This document shows, in pieces, positions 38,800-49,445 of a stretch of DNA of 56,818 bases. Numbering within the stretch: the first letter of the stretch is position 1; each line of letters begins with the position of its first letter. The DNA comes from an uncultured Clostridia bacterium. GTDB taxonomy: Bacteria; Bacillota; Clostridia; TANB77; CAG-508. The stretch lies in NCBI GenBank assembly GCA_944389225.1, contig CALXLP010000006.1, positions 1 through 56,818 of the forward strand. The letters are read 5' to 3'. Under the pieces are notes generated by a model. That model had not been told where the DNA came from and made no database searches. It worked only from the letters and a program-made list of their open reading frames with translations. Position numbers and translations under genes: made by a program.

Positions 38800-40926
38800 C
38801 TACAAGTGTAATACTCTTTGTTTAATTTCTTTTGTTTTTCCTGCATTCCAGAAGTTTTCTCCTAGATATCCACAAGTTCTTCTAACAACCGTCATTTTTG
38901 AATGATCTTTATTTCCACAATTTGGGCATTCCCATTCGTTATCTTTATTCAAGATAATTTCTCCATCAAATCCACAAACATGGCAATAATCTGATTTTGT
39001 ATTAAATTCAGCATATTGAATATTATCATAGATAAATTTAACCGCTGTTTCTAATGCATCAATATTCTTTTGCATATTTGGTATTTCAATATATGAAATA
39101 GCTCCACCTGAAGATATTTTTTGGAATTCACTTTCAAATGAAAGTTTAGCAAATGCATCAATTTTTTCTCTTACATCTACATGGTATGAATTTGTATAAT
39201 ATCCTTTATCTGTTACATCTTTGATTGTACCAAATTTTTCTTTATCAATTCTAGCAAATTTGTAACATAAGCTTTCTGCTGGTGTTCCATATAGTGCAAA
39301 TCCAATATTTGTTTCTTTTTTCCATCTATCTACAGTTTCTCTTAAATGTTTCATAACTCTAATTGCAAAATCATGTCCTTCTGGAGTTGTATGTGATACA
39401 CCTTTCATAACTTTTGTCATTTCATATATACCAATATATCCTAATGAAATTGTTGAATATCCACCATATAATAATTTGTCTATCTTTTCACCTTTTGCTA
39501 ATCTTGCAATAGCACCATATTGCCAGTGAATTGGGCTGATATCAGAATGTGTTCCAAGTAATGCATAATGTCTACACATTAAAGCTTCTTTACATAGTTC
39601 TAGTCTCTCATCTAATAGTTTCCAGAATTTATCTTCATCACCATCTGCAACAATTGCAACTTGTGGTAAGTTAATACTTACAACACCTTGATTAAATCTT
39701 CCCTCAAATTTATAGTTTCCATTTTCATCTTTCCAAGGTGATAAGAAACTTCTACATCCCATTGGGCTAAATACATTACCTTCATAGTTTTCTCTCATTT
39801 TCTTAGCTGAGATATAATCTGGGTACATTCTCTTTGCTGAACATTTAACAGCTAGTTTTGTTAAATAATCATATTCTCCACCTTTTAGGCAGTTACATTC
39901 ATCTAATACATATACTAGTTTTGGGAATGCTGGTGTTACATATACGCCTGCTTCATTTTTTATACCTTGATATCTTTGTCTTAGTACTTCTTCAATAATC
40001 ATTGCATTTTCTTTAATGTATGGATCTCCCTCTTCTAGATGTAAGAATAAAGTTACAAAAGGAGATTGTCCATTCGTTGTCATTAATGTATTGATTTGAT
40101 ATTGAATTGTTTGTACACCTGCTTTTAATTCTGCTTTTAATCTATCTTGTACTAAATCTTCTATTATTTTATCAGATAATTTTCCTTTATATTTTTTCTC
40201 TATTTCTGATTTAAATTTATTATAGCTCTTTCTTAAATATTTTCCTAAATGTTTTAAGTCTACTGATTGTCCACCATATTGGTTACTTGCAACTGCTGCA
40301 ATAATTTGTGTTGTAACTGTACATGCTACTTGGAAACTCTTTGGACTTTCTATCATTTTTCCGTTCATAACTGTTCCATTATCTAACATATCTGCTATGT
40401 TAATTAAACAACAGTTGAAAATTGGTTGTACAAAGTAATCCGCATCGTGGAAATGTAAAACTCCGTCAGCATCTGCTTTTGCAATCTTTTCTGGTAATAA
40501 TAATCTTCTTGTTAAGTCTCTTGATACTTCACCTGCAATATAATCTCTTTGTGTTGAAGCAAGTAAAGTATTCTTATTTGAGTTTTCTTCTGCTAGTTCT
40601 TTATTTTCATTTCTGATTAATCCTAATATAGTTTCATCAGTTGTATTTTGTTTTCTTACCAAAGCTCTTGTATATCTATATACAATATATTTTTTAGCTA
40701 ATTCATATTTTTCAATTTCCATTAATTTTTCTTCGATGATATCTTGGATATCTTCAACTAACATTCTCTTTTTATTTAATTCTTCTATATATTGAATAAT
40801 ACCTTTTATATCTTCCTTATTTGCTCTTTCTTTTGGTTTTACCTCCTGATTTGCTTTTTCGATTGCTGTTTGAATCTTTGCTCTATCATAGTCTACAGCT
40901 CTTCCATCCCTTTTAATAACTTTCAT
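38800..40926 (-). CDS. nrdD: Anaerobic (class III) ribonucleoside-triphosphate reductase
   Basis: ATP-cone MKVIKRDG, NCCL, MGCRS, TPAES, CHVC/CPNC, RTCGY glycyl radical motif. Confidence 0.96.
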   Translation of the reverse strand: MKVIKRDGRAVDYDRAKIQTAIEKANQEVKPKERANKEDIKGIIQYIEELNKKRMLVEDIQDIIEEKLMEIEKYELAKKYIVYRYTRALVRKQNTTDETILGLIRNENKELAEENSNKNTLLASTQRDYIAGEVSRDLTRRLLLPEKIAKADADGVLHFHDADYFVQPIFNCCLINIADMLDNGTVMNGKMIESPKSFQVACTVTTQIIAAVASNQYGGQSVDLKHLGKYLRKSYNKFKSEIEKKYKGKLSDKIIEDLVQDRLKAELKAGVQTIQYQINTLMTTNGQSPFVTLFLHLEEGDPYIKENAMIIEEVLRQRYQGIKNEAGVYVTPAFPKLVYVLDECNCLKGGEYDYLTKLAVKCSAKRMYPDYISAKKMRENYEGNVFSPMGCRSFLSPWKDENGNYKFEGRFNQGVVSINLPQVAIVADGDEDKFWKLLDERLELCKEALMCRHYALLGTHSDISPIHWQYGAIARLAKGEKIDKLLYGGYSTISLGYIGIYEMTKVMKGVSHTTPEGHDFAIRVMKHLRETVDRWKKETNIGFALYGTPAESLCYKFARIDKEKFGTIKDVTDKGYYTNSYHVDVREKIDAFAKLSFESEFQKISSGGAISYIEIPNMQKNIDALETAVKFIYDNIQYAEFNTKSDYCHVCGFDGEIILNKDNEWECPNCGNKDHSKMTVVRRTCGYLGENFWNAGKTKEIKQRVLHL

Positions 40927-40985
40927 TTCACATTTCCTCCTTCGATTAGTATGTTTACATTATACCTCTAGAATTTTTATTTTCC

Positions 40986-40999
40986 GTTGCAAAAGCAAC
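40986..40999. promoter_or_regulatory. Palindromic operator GTTGC-N4-GCAAC near -41 of nrdD promoter
   Basis: gttgcaaaagcaac; minus-strand TATAAT at 40964-40959 with no consensus -35. Confidence 0.65.
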
Positions 41000-41108
41000 A
41001 CATTATGAAAAAAAACTTTTTCCAGTTCTTAATCTCTTTCACCTCTAAGCATTTTTCTTTTATTACAAATATGTTACAAAAATATTACAAAATTATTTTT
41101 ACTGTTTT

Positions 41109-41122
41109 GTTGCTTTTGCAAC
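41109..41122. promoter_or_regulatory. Second GTTGC-N4-GCAAC operator overlapping -35 of the Crp/Fnr gene
   Basis: gttgcttttgcaac; TTGCTT(41110-41115)-17-TATAAT(41133-41138). Confidence 0.65.
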
Positions 41123-41167
41123 TTTTTTAATATATAATGCTTATGTAATTTTAAAGGAGGAAAAAGC

Positions 41168-41800
41168 GTGAATACCAACTTTGACATAGAAAACTTTATT
41201 CTTGACTTTTCAAATTCTTGTCAAAAAAAGCAAAAAAAAGTCTTTAGCAAAAATGAAGTTGTTACAACTTATATAAAAAACAGAAATCAATTATGTATAT
41301 TACTAGATGGAAATGCCGATTTGGTACGTTATGACTTAAATGGTAATCGAACAATTGTAGAACATTTTTCAAAAAATGCTCTTTTTGGTGAAGTATTTTA
41401 TACGATTACGACCAATAACGAATTGTTAGTTGAAGCAAAATCAAATTGTACGGTTCTTTTCTATAGCTATGATGACATTTTTCATAAATGTAGAAACAAT
41501 TGTAAATTTCACCAAACCTTATCTGAAAATTTACCACAATTGATTTTAAATAAAGTAACAGATTTAAATATGAGAATTGAATTATTAACCAAAAGATCTA
41601 CTAGAGATAAATTACTTGGCTATTTTTCTTTACTCTCTACTAGAAAACTAAGTACTTCTTTTGAACTACCATTTTCTCTTACTGATTTAGCAGATTACTT
41701 AAGTGTTGATAGAAGTGCTATGATGAGAGAACTAAAACTATTAAAAGAAGATGGCTTTATTGAAAAAAACGGAAATCGAATTACTTTGTTATATAAATAG
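41168..41800 (+). CDS. Crp/Fnr-family transcriptional regulator
   Basis: cNMP-like FGE motif, CRNNCKFH, HTH 'LADYLSVDRSAMMRELK'. Confidence 0.92.
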   Translation: MNTNFDIENFILDFSNSCQKKQKKVFSKNEVVTTYIKNRNQLCILLDGNADLVRYDLNGNRTIVEHFSKNALFGEVFYTITTNNELLVEAKSNCTVLFYSYDDIFHKCRNNCKFHQTLSENLPQLILNKVTDLNMRIELLTKRSTRDKLLGYFSLLSTRKLSTSFELPFSLTDLADYLSVDRSAMMRELKLLKEDGFIEKNGNRITLLYK

Positions 41801-41802
41801 GG

Positions 41803-42158
41803 ACATTAGGGACGTGCCAAATCGGACTATTTTGGTCCAAAAGGGACAGGCCTACAAACTAATAATATATAATTAAACATTAAAACACCATATATTAATA
41901 AATTTATGAAATGACGAATGTGAATGAAATCATATTAGAAAATTTTAAGGTATCTAATAGGAAAATCTCAAATTTTATTTTGAGAGGTGCCTGTTAGATA
42001 CCTTTAGATTTTCTTTATGATGTAATGTTAGCCGAGAAATTTCATAAATTTATTAATATATGGTGTTTGGGTAAACAATTTTTCTAAATTATTTGTAATT
42101 TTTTAATAGGCCTGTCCCTTTTGGACCAAAATAGTCCGATTTGGCACGTCCCTAATGT
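41803..42158. mobile_element. 356-bp nested palindrome (REPIN/MITE-like) with 52-bp perfect terminal inverted repeats
   Basis: 41803-41854 is the exact reverse complement of 42107-42158; inner 30-bp perfect IR 41883-41912/42039-42068; further inner stems. Confidence 0.7.
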
Positions 42159-43159
42159 TCACTTTTTTGAATATAATTCCATGAATCTAAACACATATCT
42201 TCTAGTGTTTTTTCTGCTGTCCATCCTAATTCTTCTTTTGCTTTTTGAGGGTCTGCATAACAAGTTGCTATATCTCCTTCTCTTCTTGCTGTAATTTTAT
42301 ATGGTACTTTTTTTCCTGTTGCTTTTTCAAATGCTTTTACCATATCTAATACACTATATCCTTTTCCTGTTCCTAAATTATAGATATATAATCCTTCTTT
42401 TTCTTTCTCTATTTTTTCTAATGCTTTTACATGTCCTTTTGCTAAATCTACAACATGAATATAATCTCTAACCCCTGTTCCATCTGGTGTATCATAATCA
42501 TTTCCAAATACAGATAGTTCTGGTAAAGTTCCTGCTGCAACACGTACAATATATGGCATTAAGTTATTTGGAATTCCTTGTGGTTCTTCTCCAATTAGTC
42601 CGCTTTCATGTGCTCCTACTGGATTGAAATATCTTAATATACATATATTCCATGTATTATCTGAATGATAGATATCTTTTAAAATTTGTTCAATAAATAA
42701 TTTACTTGTACCATATGGATTTGTTGTTCCTCCAGTTTTACATTCTTCTGTTATTGGTATTATTTCTGGATCTCCATATACAGTTGCTGATGAACTAAAT
42801 ATAAATGTTTTACAATTATATTTTCTCATCGTATCTAATACAACTAATGCTCCTGAAATATTATTTGTATAATATTCAATTGGTTTTTGAACAGATTCTC
42901 CTACAGCTTTAAATCCTGCAAAATTGATAACTGCTTCTATGTCATTTTCTTCAAAAACTTTTTCTAGTTTTTCTCTATCCATGTAATTCATTTCATAAAA
43001 TTTAAAATCTTTTCCTGTTATTTTCTTAATTGCATCTAATACACTTGGTTTGCTATTAGAAAAATCATCTATAATAACAATTTCTTTTCCTGCATTTAAT
43101 AATTCTACTGCTGTATGACTTCCAATAAATCCAGCTCCTCCTGGTAATAATATTGCCAT
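42152..43159 (-). CDS. galE: UDP-glucose 4-epimerase
   Basis: [44 protein letters not shown]. Confidence 0.96.
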   Translation of the reverse strand: MAILLPGGAGFIGSHTAVELLNAGKEIVIIDDFSNSKPSVLDAIKKITGKDFKFYEMNYMDREKLEKVFEENDIEAVINFAGFKAVGESVQKPIEYYTNNISGALVVLDTMRKYNCKTFIFSSSATVYGDPEIIPITEECKTGGTTNPYGTSKLFIEQILKDIYHSDNTWNICILRYFNPVGAHESGLIGEEPQGIPNNLMPYIVRVAAGTLPELSVFGNDYDTPDGTGVRDYIHVVDLAKGHVKALEKIEKEKEGLYIYNLGTGKGYSVLDMVKAFEKATGKKVPYKITARREGDIATCYADPQKAKEELGWTAEKTLEDMCLDSWNYIQKSEH

Positions 43160-43453
43160 AAAATCATTCCTTTCTTTTTTTATTATGCCTATATTATATT
43201 ACTAGTTTCAAAAAAGTACAAGTCTATATTTTAAAATATTAATTTAAAATATCTGAATATCTAATTTTAAAAATTTGTTATGAATTTTTATTTCTTTACC
43301 CTTTTAACTACATACTCTCTGCTCTTTACAAATTTATGTAAATCTGATATAATATTGAAGGATTAAGCAAAATTGCTTGATGCAGAAAATCCATCACCTC
43401 TTTTGGTGATTTCAATATAGATGTAACATTTAAAAAACACAGGGAGAAAAAAA

Positions 43454-43861
43454 ATGGAAAAAAAAAGAGAAAAAATTTCTTTAGACACTTTTTGTAAGGT
43501 AGTAGGTGCCATTGTAATAATCATTGGTATCTTATCAGTAGTAATAGTGATTGCCGAGCTCTTCGCCCCTCCGGCTACAAGAGTACGGGATTCAGCATTT
43601 ATAGAGGAAACTCTTGAAATGGCTGATGACAATACCCATTCAGAGGAAAAGGCCATGCTTGCTGATTTTGTTAAAAATCAGTATGATTGTGCCCCAGAAA
43701 AAGTGGTGTTTTATGTCCATGCACCACATGATGCAATGGACTTTGATGTCGAAATCTATTATAAAGATTCCGGCACATGGTTCCATTGCTTAGTAAATGG
43801 GTCATCGCCAAAATTCTCTAAGGAGCTGTACAATCGGCTTTCCTACTTAGCAACTCAGTAA
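43454..43861 (+). CDS. Orphan membrane-anchored protein, GC-richer
   Basis: N-terminal TM, GGAG RBS; terminator cccatctcc...ggagatggg-tttt at 43868-43905. Confidence 0.65.
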   Translation: MEKKREKISLDTFCKVVGAIVIIIGILSVVIVIAELFAPPATRVRDSAFIEETLEMADDNTHSEEKAMLADFVKNQYDCAPEKVVFYVHAPHDAMDFDVEIYYKDSGTWFHCLVNGSSPKFSKELYNRLSYLATQ

Positions 43862-44030
43862 ACTCATCCCATCTCCAACTGCAATGCAGAAGGAGATGGG
43901 TTTTTCCTATTATATGAAAGATTTAACTTTTATCTCAGTGACATATAAAATTTTTCGTATACAACAACTATTAAAAAATGAATCTAACTTATTAACCATT
44001 TCTCTAATAAGTTAGATTCATTTTCCTTAC

Positions 44031-45428
44031 TTAAAGTTCACTAATTTCCATTCCGTCTTTTGTATCTTTTACTTCATATCCTTTTTCCTTGATTAAATCT
44101 CTTAATCTATCTGACTCTGCCCAATTTTTTTCTTGTCTTGCCTGTTTTCTTTCTTCTACAAGTTGTAAGACATCTTCTGGAATTTCTATTTCCTTATTTG
44201 TTTCTTCTTTATCAATGTTAATTCCTAATACTGTGTCAAATTTTAATAATAATTCTGCAATCTCTGGTGCTTTTTTAGGATATTTGATTACTTCCCATAC
44301 AAAACTCATAGCCAAAGGCATATTCATATCATCATTAATGGCTTTATGGAATTCATTTTCTAATCTTTCTAATTCTTTTTTATCTTCTTCAGTTAAAGTA
44401 TCTGTTCCATTTTTATTTGCTTGATAACCATTTCTTAATCTTTCTAATGATTTTGAAGATGCTTCTATTCCTTCCCATGTAAAGTTTAATTTATTTCTAT
44501 AACTAGATGTATAGCATAATAATTTATATACCAATGGGTCATATCCTTTTTCTTTAATATCTTTTAATAAATAAACATTTCCTAAGCTTTTTGACATTTT
44601 TCCACCATTGATTAATAAATATTCTCCATGTATCCAATAGTTAGCTGGTATTTTTCCACATACACCTTTACTTTGTGCAATTTCATTTTCATGATGTGTC
44701 GGTATTAAATCAATTCCTCCTGTATGAATATCAAATTGTTCTCCTAAATGTTTTCTTGACATAGCAGAACATTCAATATGCCATCCTGGATAACTTGGTC
44801 CCCATGGGCTATCCCATTTCATCAAGTGATTTTCTGGAGCCTTTATCCATAATGCAAAATCATATGGATTTTTCTTTTCAGGATCCACATCTACTCTTGC
44901 TCCTGCTTTTTGCTCTTCTACATTTACATTGGATAAAACTGGATATTTGTCTAATTTTGAAACATCAAAATAGATAGCAGTTGATGTTTCATATGCATAT
45001 CCTTTTTCTACAAGTTCTTCCACATATTCTAGCATTTCTGGAATATAATCTGTTGCTTTACAAATAATTTCAGGTATTTCAATATTTAAATCTTTTAAGT
45101 CGTCAAAAAATAACTTGGTATAATGTTCCGCTATTTCTAATGGCGTTTTATGTTCTTCTCTAGCTGATTTAATCATCTTGTCTTCTCCTTCATCTCCATC
45201 AGAAACCAAATGTCCTACATCTGTTATATTCATAACATGCTTAATTTTATATCCATTATATTTTAACATTCTTCTTAAAACATCTTGAAATATATTTGTC
45301 CTCATATTTCCAATTGTTGCATCTTTATATACAGTTGGTCCACATGAATATATTCTTACTTCCTTTTCATTGATTGGTTTAAATAAGTCTTTTTCTTTTG
45401 TTAAAGTATTATATAGATATATATCCAT
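44031..45428 (-). CDS. cysS: Cysteinyl-tRNA synthetase
   Basis: CGPTVY, PGWHIECSAM, HHENE, KMSKS. Confidence 0.96.
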   Translation of the reverse strand: MDIYLYNTLTKEKDLFKPINEKEVRIYSCGPTVYKDATIGNMRTNIFQDVLRRMLKYNGYKIKHVMNITDVGHLVSDGDEGEDKMIKSAREEHKTPLEIAEHYTKLFFDDLKDLNIEIPEIICKATDYIPEMLEYVEELVEKGYAYETSTAIYFDVSKLDKYPVLSNVNVEEQKAGARVDVDPEKKNPYDFALWIKAPENHLMKWDSPWGPSYPGWHIECSAMSRKHLGEQFDIHTGGIDLIPTHHENEIAQSKGVCGKIPANYWIHGEYLLINGGKMSKSLGNVYLLKDIKEKGYDPLVYKLLCYTSSYRNKLNFTWEGIEASSKSLERLRNGYQANKNGTDTLTEEDKKELERLENEFHKAINDDMNMPLAMSFVWEVIKYPKKAPEIAELLLKFDTVLGINIDKEETNKEIEIPEDVLQLVEERKQARQEKNWAESDRLRDLIKEKGYEVKDTKDGMEISEL

Positions 45429-45550
45429 TATTTCATCATCCCTTTCTTGTAGAATATGTATTATCTAAATTCAAATTTATCATTATGTATTTTGTTTTAA
45501 ATTGAGATGTGAAAAAATTCACATCTCAATTTTATCTTTGTGCTTTCTAA

Positions 45551-48202
45551 TTACTCCACTACGTTTTCTGTTGGTGGTACTGTATTTCCTCCATCTCCTG
45601 TATCACCGCCATCACTTGGAGGGTTTCCTCCTCCACTTGGTGGGTCTATTGTGTTTCCTGTTCCGCTTGATGTATTTCCACCACCTGTTGAGTTTGTTGT
45701 ATTTGTCGTATTTGTAGTTGGTTCCGTTGGTTTAGGTTCTTCTTCTTTTGGTTCTGTATGTAATGTACAGGTTCCATTAATTCTAGTTCCTGATGAACTT
45801 GATCCATTAACTGGTGTCCATAATCCCAATTGTTCTTTTGGTAAAACTGCACCATAATAATTTTGTCTAACTTCACAGTATTGTGAACAATATTCTGTTG
45901 CTACTAAACCTGATTCAGAACAAATTGTTTGACTTCCATGTCCTTCACATTGTTCTGGTAGATTGTCTTGTGTAAAGATTTCTGTATATGTATTTGTACA
46001 TCCTGTTGTTGCTAGACAACCTGTTGTTCTACATACAGTTTCTTCCACAATTCCACTTGGTCTTGTAAACGTTGCATTTGCTAAATCTTTATGAATTGCT
46101 GTCATTACACTATCCCAAATAACACCTGCTGGGTTATTTCCTGAATAAACAACTGTTTCTGGTTGGTCATATCCATACCAACATGCTGCTGCATAATATG
46201 GTGTAAATCCACAAAGCCATCTATCATAATCATCATCTGTTGTTCCTGTTTTGGCTGCTACGTCCATTCCACTAATTGCACAATAAGTCGCTGTACCAAC
46301 AGAAGATTTAACGGTTTCTTGTAAAATAGACTTAACAATATAGGCATTTTGTTCTGATATCACTCTAGTTTGTTCTTGCTTTGGTGTTAATACTGTATTA
46401 CCACTAGAATCAACTACTTTTGTATAGAATGTTGGCGTAATATATACACCATCATTTGCAATAGATGCATACGCTCCTGCCATTTCTAGTGGTGTTGCAC
46501 CATTGGTTGTTCCTCCTAAAGCTAAAGATAAATCCGCATCTTCATCTGCATTAATATGACTAAGTCCCATTTTATTTAAATACTCTATAGATTTACTTGG
46601 TGATAATTCTCTCATAATTTTTACTGCTGGAACATTTAAAGATTTAGCAATAAAATATCTGATATTTACTGACTCATTACTATATTTTCCATTTTGATTT
46701 TTTGGAATATATTTTCCTCCGAAATCTGTTTCTTGATCCATATACGCTGTTGCTGCTGTTATAACTTTTTCTTGTAATCCTGGTGCAATAACAGCTATTG
46801 GTTTAATAGAAGATCCTGTTTGTCTAACACTTTGTGTTGCTCTATTTAATCCTCTACTTTCTGTTTTTTCTCCTAAGCCTCCAACTGTTCCTACTACATT
46901 TCCAGTTTTATAGTCAATCACTACCATTGCTGCTTGAGAATGATCATTTAATTTTGCTCCAGTTTCTTTATTGGTAGCTCTTCCTGCAACAATATATCTA
47001 TCTTTTGCAAATTCTTCTTCCATTTGTGTTTGAATATTGGTATCTACTGTTGAATAAATGGTAAGTCCACTACTATATACATAGTTTTCTGCTAACTGTT
47101 GAGACCATCCTTTTTCTTCCATAACTTGATCAATGACTTGATCTAATACAGCTTCTGTATGATATGAATATGAAGATGTGGTTGCAATTGCTCCTTTTTG
47201 GAAGTTCAATCCTGCATCTACTTCTGCAATTGCTGCATCATATTCTTCTTGACTATTAATATATCCTAATTCATTCATTTTATTTAAAGCTACTTTTGTT
47301 TGATTTTTAATTAATTCTGTATTATCCTTTGTTTCATCAAATGGATTATATCTACTTGGAGAACTATTAATTCCTGCCATATATGCACATTCTGCTAATG
47401 TTAAATCTTTTGCACTTTTATTGAAATAATATTCTGCACCTAATTCAACGCCATGTAAATTTCCTTCTCCACCAACATATAATATGTTTAAATATAGCTC
47501 TAAAATTTGATCTTTAGATATCATTCTTTCTACCTGATATGCTTTTGCCCATTCTCTTACTTTTCTCATAATACCTGCTATACCAGATCTTTCATCATCT
47601 TGTGTTAAATTTTTTACCAATTGTTGTGTAATGGTACTTCCTCCATAAGAACTATTTCCTAATAAAGTTTGTAATATAGCTCCTGCTGTTCTTTTTAAAT
47701 CCACACCATTATGTTGATAAAATCTTTCATCTTCCATGGCCACATACGCTTTTGGCAAATAATCTGCCATATCTTCCAATGAAATAATTTTTCTTTTTTC
47801 ATCTCCACTTAGTTCAGCAACAACTGCTCCATTTTGATCTACGATAACAGAGTTCGCTGCACCAATGGTTAATTCTTCCTTGGTAATTTCAAAGTCATCA
47901 CCAAACAGTCCAAAAAATACACCAGCTACAACACCTGCTCCAATGACACATAATAATAAGAATATTAATATAAAGATTCTAATTGCCATCATTAATTTTG
48001 GATGTCTTGCTGAAAATTTTCCTTCTTTATTTTTTGATTTTTTTCCTTTACCTTTTCTATTGGTATTTTGTGTTGGTACTCTTTTGGTTGCTCTCATATC
48101 TCTTTTGTTTGTTGTATTGGGTCTTCTTCTTTTTTTTGCACTTCTCATATTATATTTTCTCGTTTTATCTTCATCACTACTTCTTCTATTACTACTTGGC
48201 AT
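45551..48202 (-). CDS. Class A penicillin-binding protein (PBP1A family)
   Basis: TM, EDERFYQH, GGSTITQQLVKN, SSIK, SLN, KTG; Cys-rich and G/T/P-rich tail. Confidence 0.93.
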   Translation of the reverse strand: MPSSNRRSSDEDKTRKYNMRSAKKRRRPNTTNKRDMRATKRVPTQNTNRKGKGKKSKNKEGKFSARHPKLMMAIRIFILIFLLLCVIGAGVVAGVFFGLFGDDFEITKEELTIGAANSVIVDQNGAVVAELSGDEKRKIISLEDMADYLPKAYVAMEDERFYQHNGVDLKRTAGAILQTLLGNSSYGGSTITQQLVKNLTQDDERSGIAGIMRKVREWAKAYQVERMISKDQILELYLNILYVGGEGNLHGVELGAEYYFNKSAKDLTLAECAYMAGINSSPSRYNPFDETKDNTELIKNQTKVALNKMNELGYINSQEEYDAAIAEVDAGLNFQKGAIATTSSYSYHTEAVLDQVIDQVMEEKGWSQQLAENYVYSSGLTIYSTVDTNIQTQMEEEFAKDRYIVAGRATNKETGAKLNDHSQAAMVVIDYKTGNVVGTVGGLGEKTESRGLNRATQSVRQTGSSIKPIAVIAPGLQEKVITAATAYMDQETDFGGKYIPKNQNGKYSNESVNIRYFIAKSLNVPAVKIMRELSPSKSIEYLNKMGLSHINADEDADLSLALGGTTNGATPLEMAGAYASIANDGVYITPTFYTKVVDSSGNTVLTPKQEQTRVISEQNAYIVKSILQETVKSSVGTATYCAISGMDVAAKTGTTDDDYDRWLCGFTPYYAAACWYGYDQPETVVYSGNNPAGVIWDSVMTAIHKDLANATFTRPSGIVEETVCRTTGCLATTGCTNTYTEIFTQDNLPEQCEGHGSQTICSESGLVATEYCSQYCEVRQNYYGAVLPKEQLGLWTPVNGSSSSGTRINGTCTLHTEPKEEEPKPTEPTTNTTNTTNSTGGGNTSSGTGNTIDPPSGGGNPPSDGGDTGDGGNTVPPTENVVE

Positions 48203-48408
48203 ATGTTTACCTCCTTGCCAGTTTGTACAAATTTCGTTTTATATTTTTGTTTTCATTACTTATTTAAGTTATAGAAAATCGATATCTACATTATATTATA
48301 TTTTATAAAAAAAGGAAAGTATTTGCTAAAATTTTTAAGATTTTCACAAATGTCTCATAATTTCTTCAAATTATGAATATAAAATATGTTATTTTCAATA
48401 TATAAAGA

Positions 48409-49239
48409 TTATATTTTTGTTTTTATTCCTTTTAAATATTGAATAGTTACATTGTCTCTTTTTATCCTTCTCAAAGTTTCTTCTATTGGCTGATTTTTAT
48501 ATTGTGTTGCTTCATAAACATCTTTTGCTTCAAACTGTTCTAAATGTGGATTTGTTTTCCAATCAATCTCATAATCATTAATATTTAATCCATTAAATCT
48601 TTTATTTTTTATCTTCACATTCCCTTTAAAGTTAATAATTGTGGCTGTACTATTGATTGTATATCGATTTATCAGTTCTGTCGGGAAATCTAAATTTAAT
48701 ATAATATTCGTTTTTGATAAAATTTTTCTTTTGTTATTTCCTACATTAATAAAAATTCCTTGTTCTTCTGAAATTTTTTCTTCGATATTTTTAAAACGAT
48801 CAATATGATTGGTAACAATTTTCACATATTTATATTTCATAACTAATTTTTCAATTGCATAAATTGCTAATTCTGAAATGTCATTTACTAAAACTCCGAT
48901 TTTTATTTCCTCTTCTTTTATTTTTAACTTTTTTATGACATATTCTAAAACATCAAATAATAGCATTTGAAACAGCCATCTTCCATTGACAATTTCGTAG
49001 TTATATGAATATAAATAATTAACATAGTTTTCTTGTTGTTTTACTTGTTTGCTTAGTACCAACTTCTTACTATTGGTTTTATCCAAAATAGTCTTTGTTT
49101 TGATAGCTAATTTATATGCTGTTTTTTCGTCTAAACTTGTCTTCGTAATTGGTAACATAATCATATCATTTTCTAATTTTACAATATGTAACCATTCTGC
49201 AATTTTACTAGGCTTGTCAGTTTCTTTTATATAATACAT
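48409..49239 (-). CDS. Conserved hypothetical protein
   Basis: 276-aa ORF, GAGGTG RBS; no confident family. Confidence 0.65.
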   Translation of the reverse strand: MYYIKETDKPSKIAEWLHIVKLENDMIMLPITKTSLDEKTAYKLAIKTKTILDKTNSKKLVLSKQVKQQENYVNYLYSYNYEIVNGRWLFQMLLFDVLEYVIKKLKIKEEEIKIGVLVNDISELAIYAIEKLVMKYKYVKIVTNHIDRFKNIEEKISEEQGIFINVGNNKRKILSKTNIILNLDFPTELINRYTINSTATIINFKGNVKIKNKRFNGLNINDYEIDWKTNPHLEQFEAKDVYEATQYKNQPIEETLRRIKRDNVTIQYLKGIKTKI

Positions 49240-49445
49240 AAAATCACCTCATATACTTTTCTCTTTTTAAGTATATTAAGGTGATTTTGTTTATAGAACA
49301 ATAGTGGGCTTTTTTGAACATTTTATCTGTTTATAACCTTTTAAAGTCCGCGTCATTGTTCGGCGCCAAATTTTACATTAGTAAAATTTGTGTGCAATCG
49401 TTAGAGCGAATCGACATTCTTGTATAGGAAAAACTCGAGTTTTTC

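Noticed and set aside
40986-41122. 15-bp inverted pair between nrdD and crp as another invertible element
   Set aside because: Positions (about -41 and over a -35) fit Crp/Fnr operators better; geometry differs from the pilin switches
45429-45550. T-box leader for cysS
   Set aside because: Spacer too short and no T-box consensus; only a terminator-like hairpin at ~45499-45531
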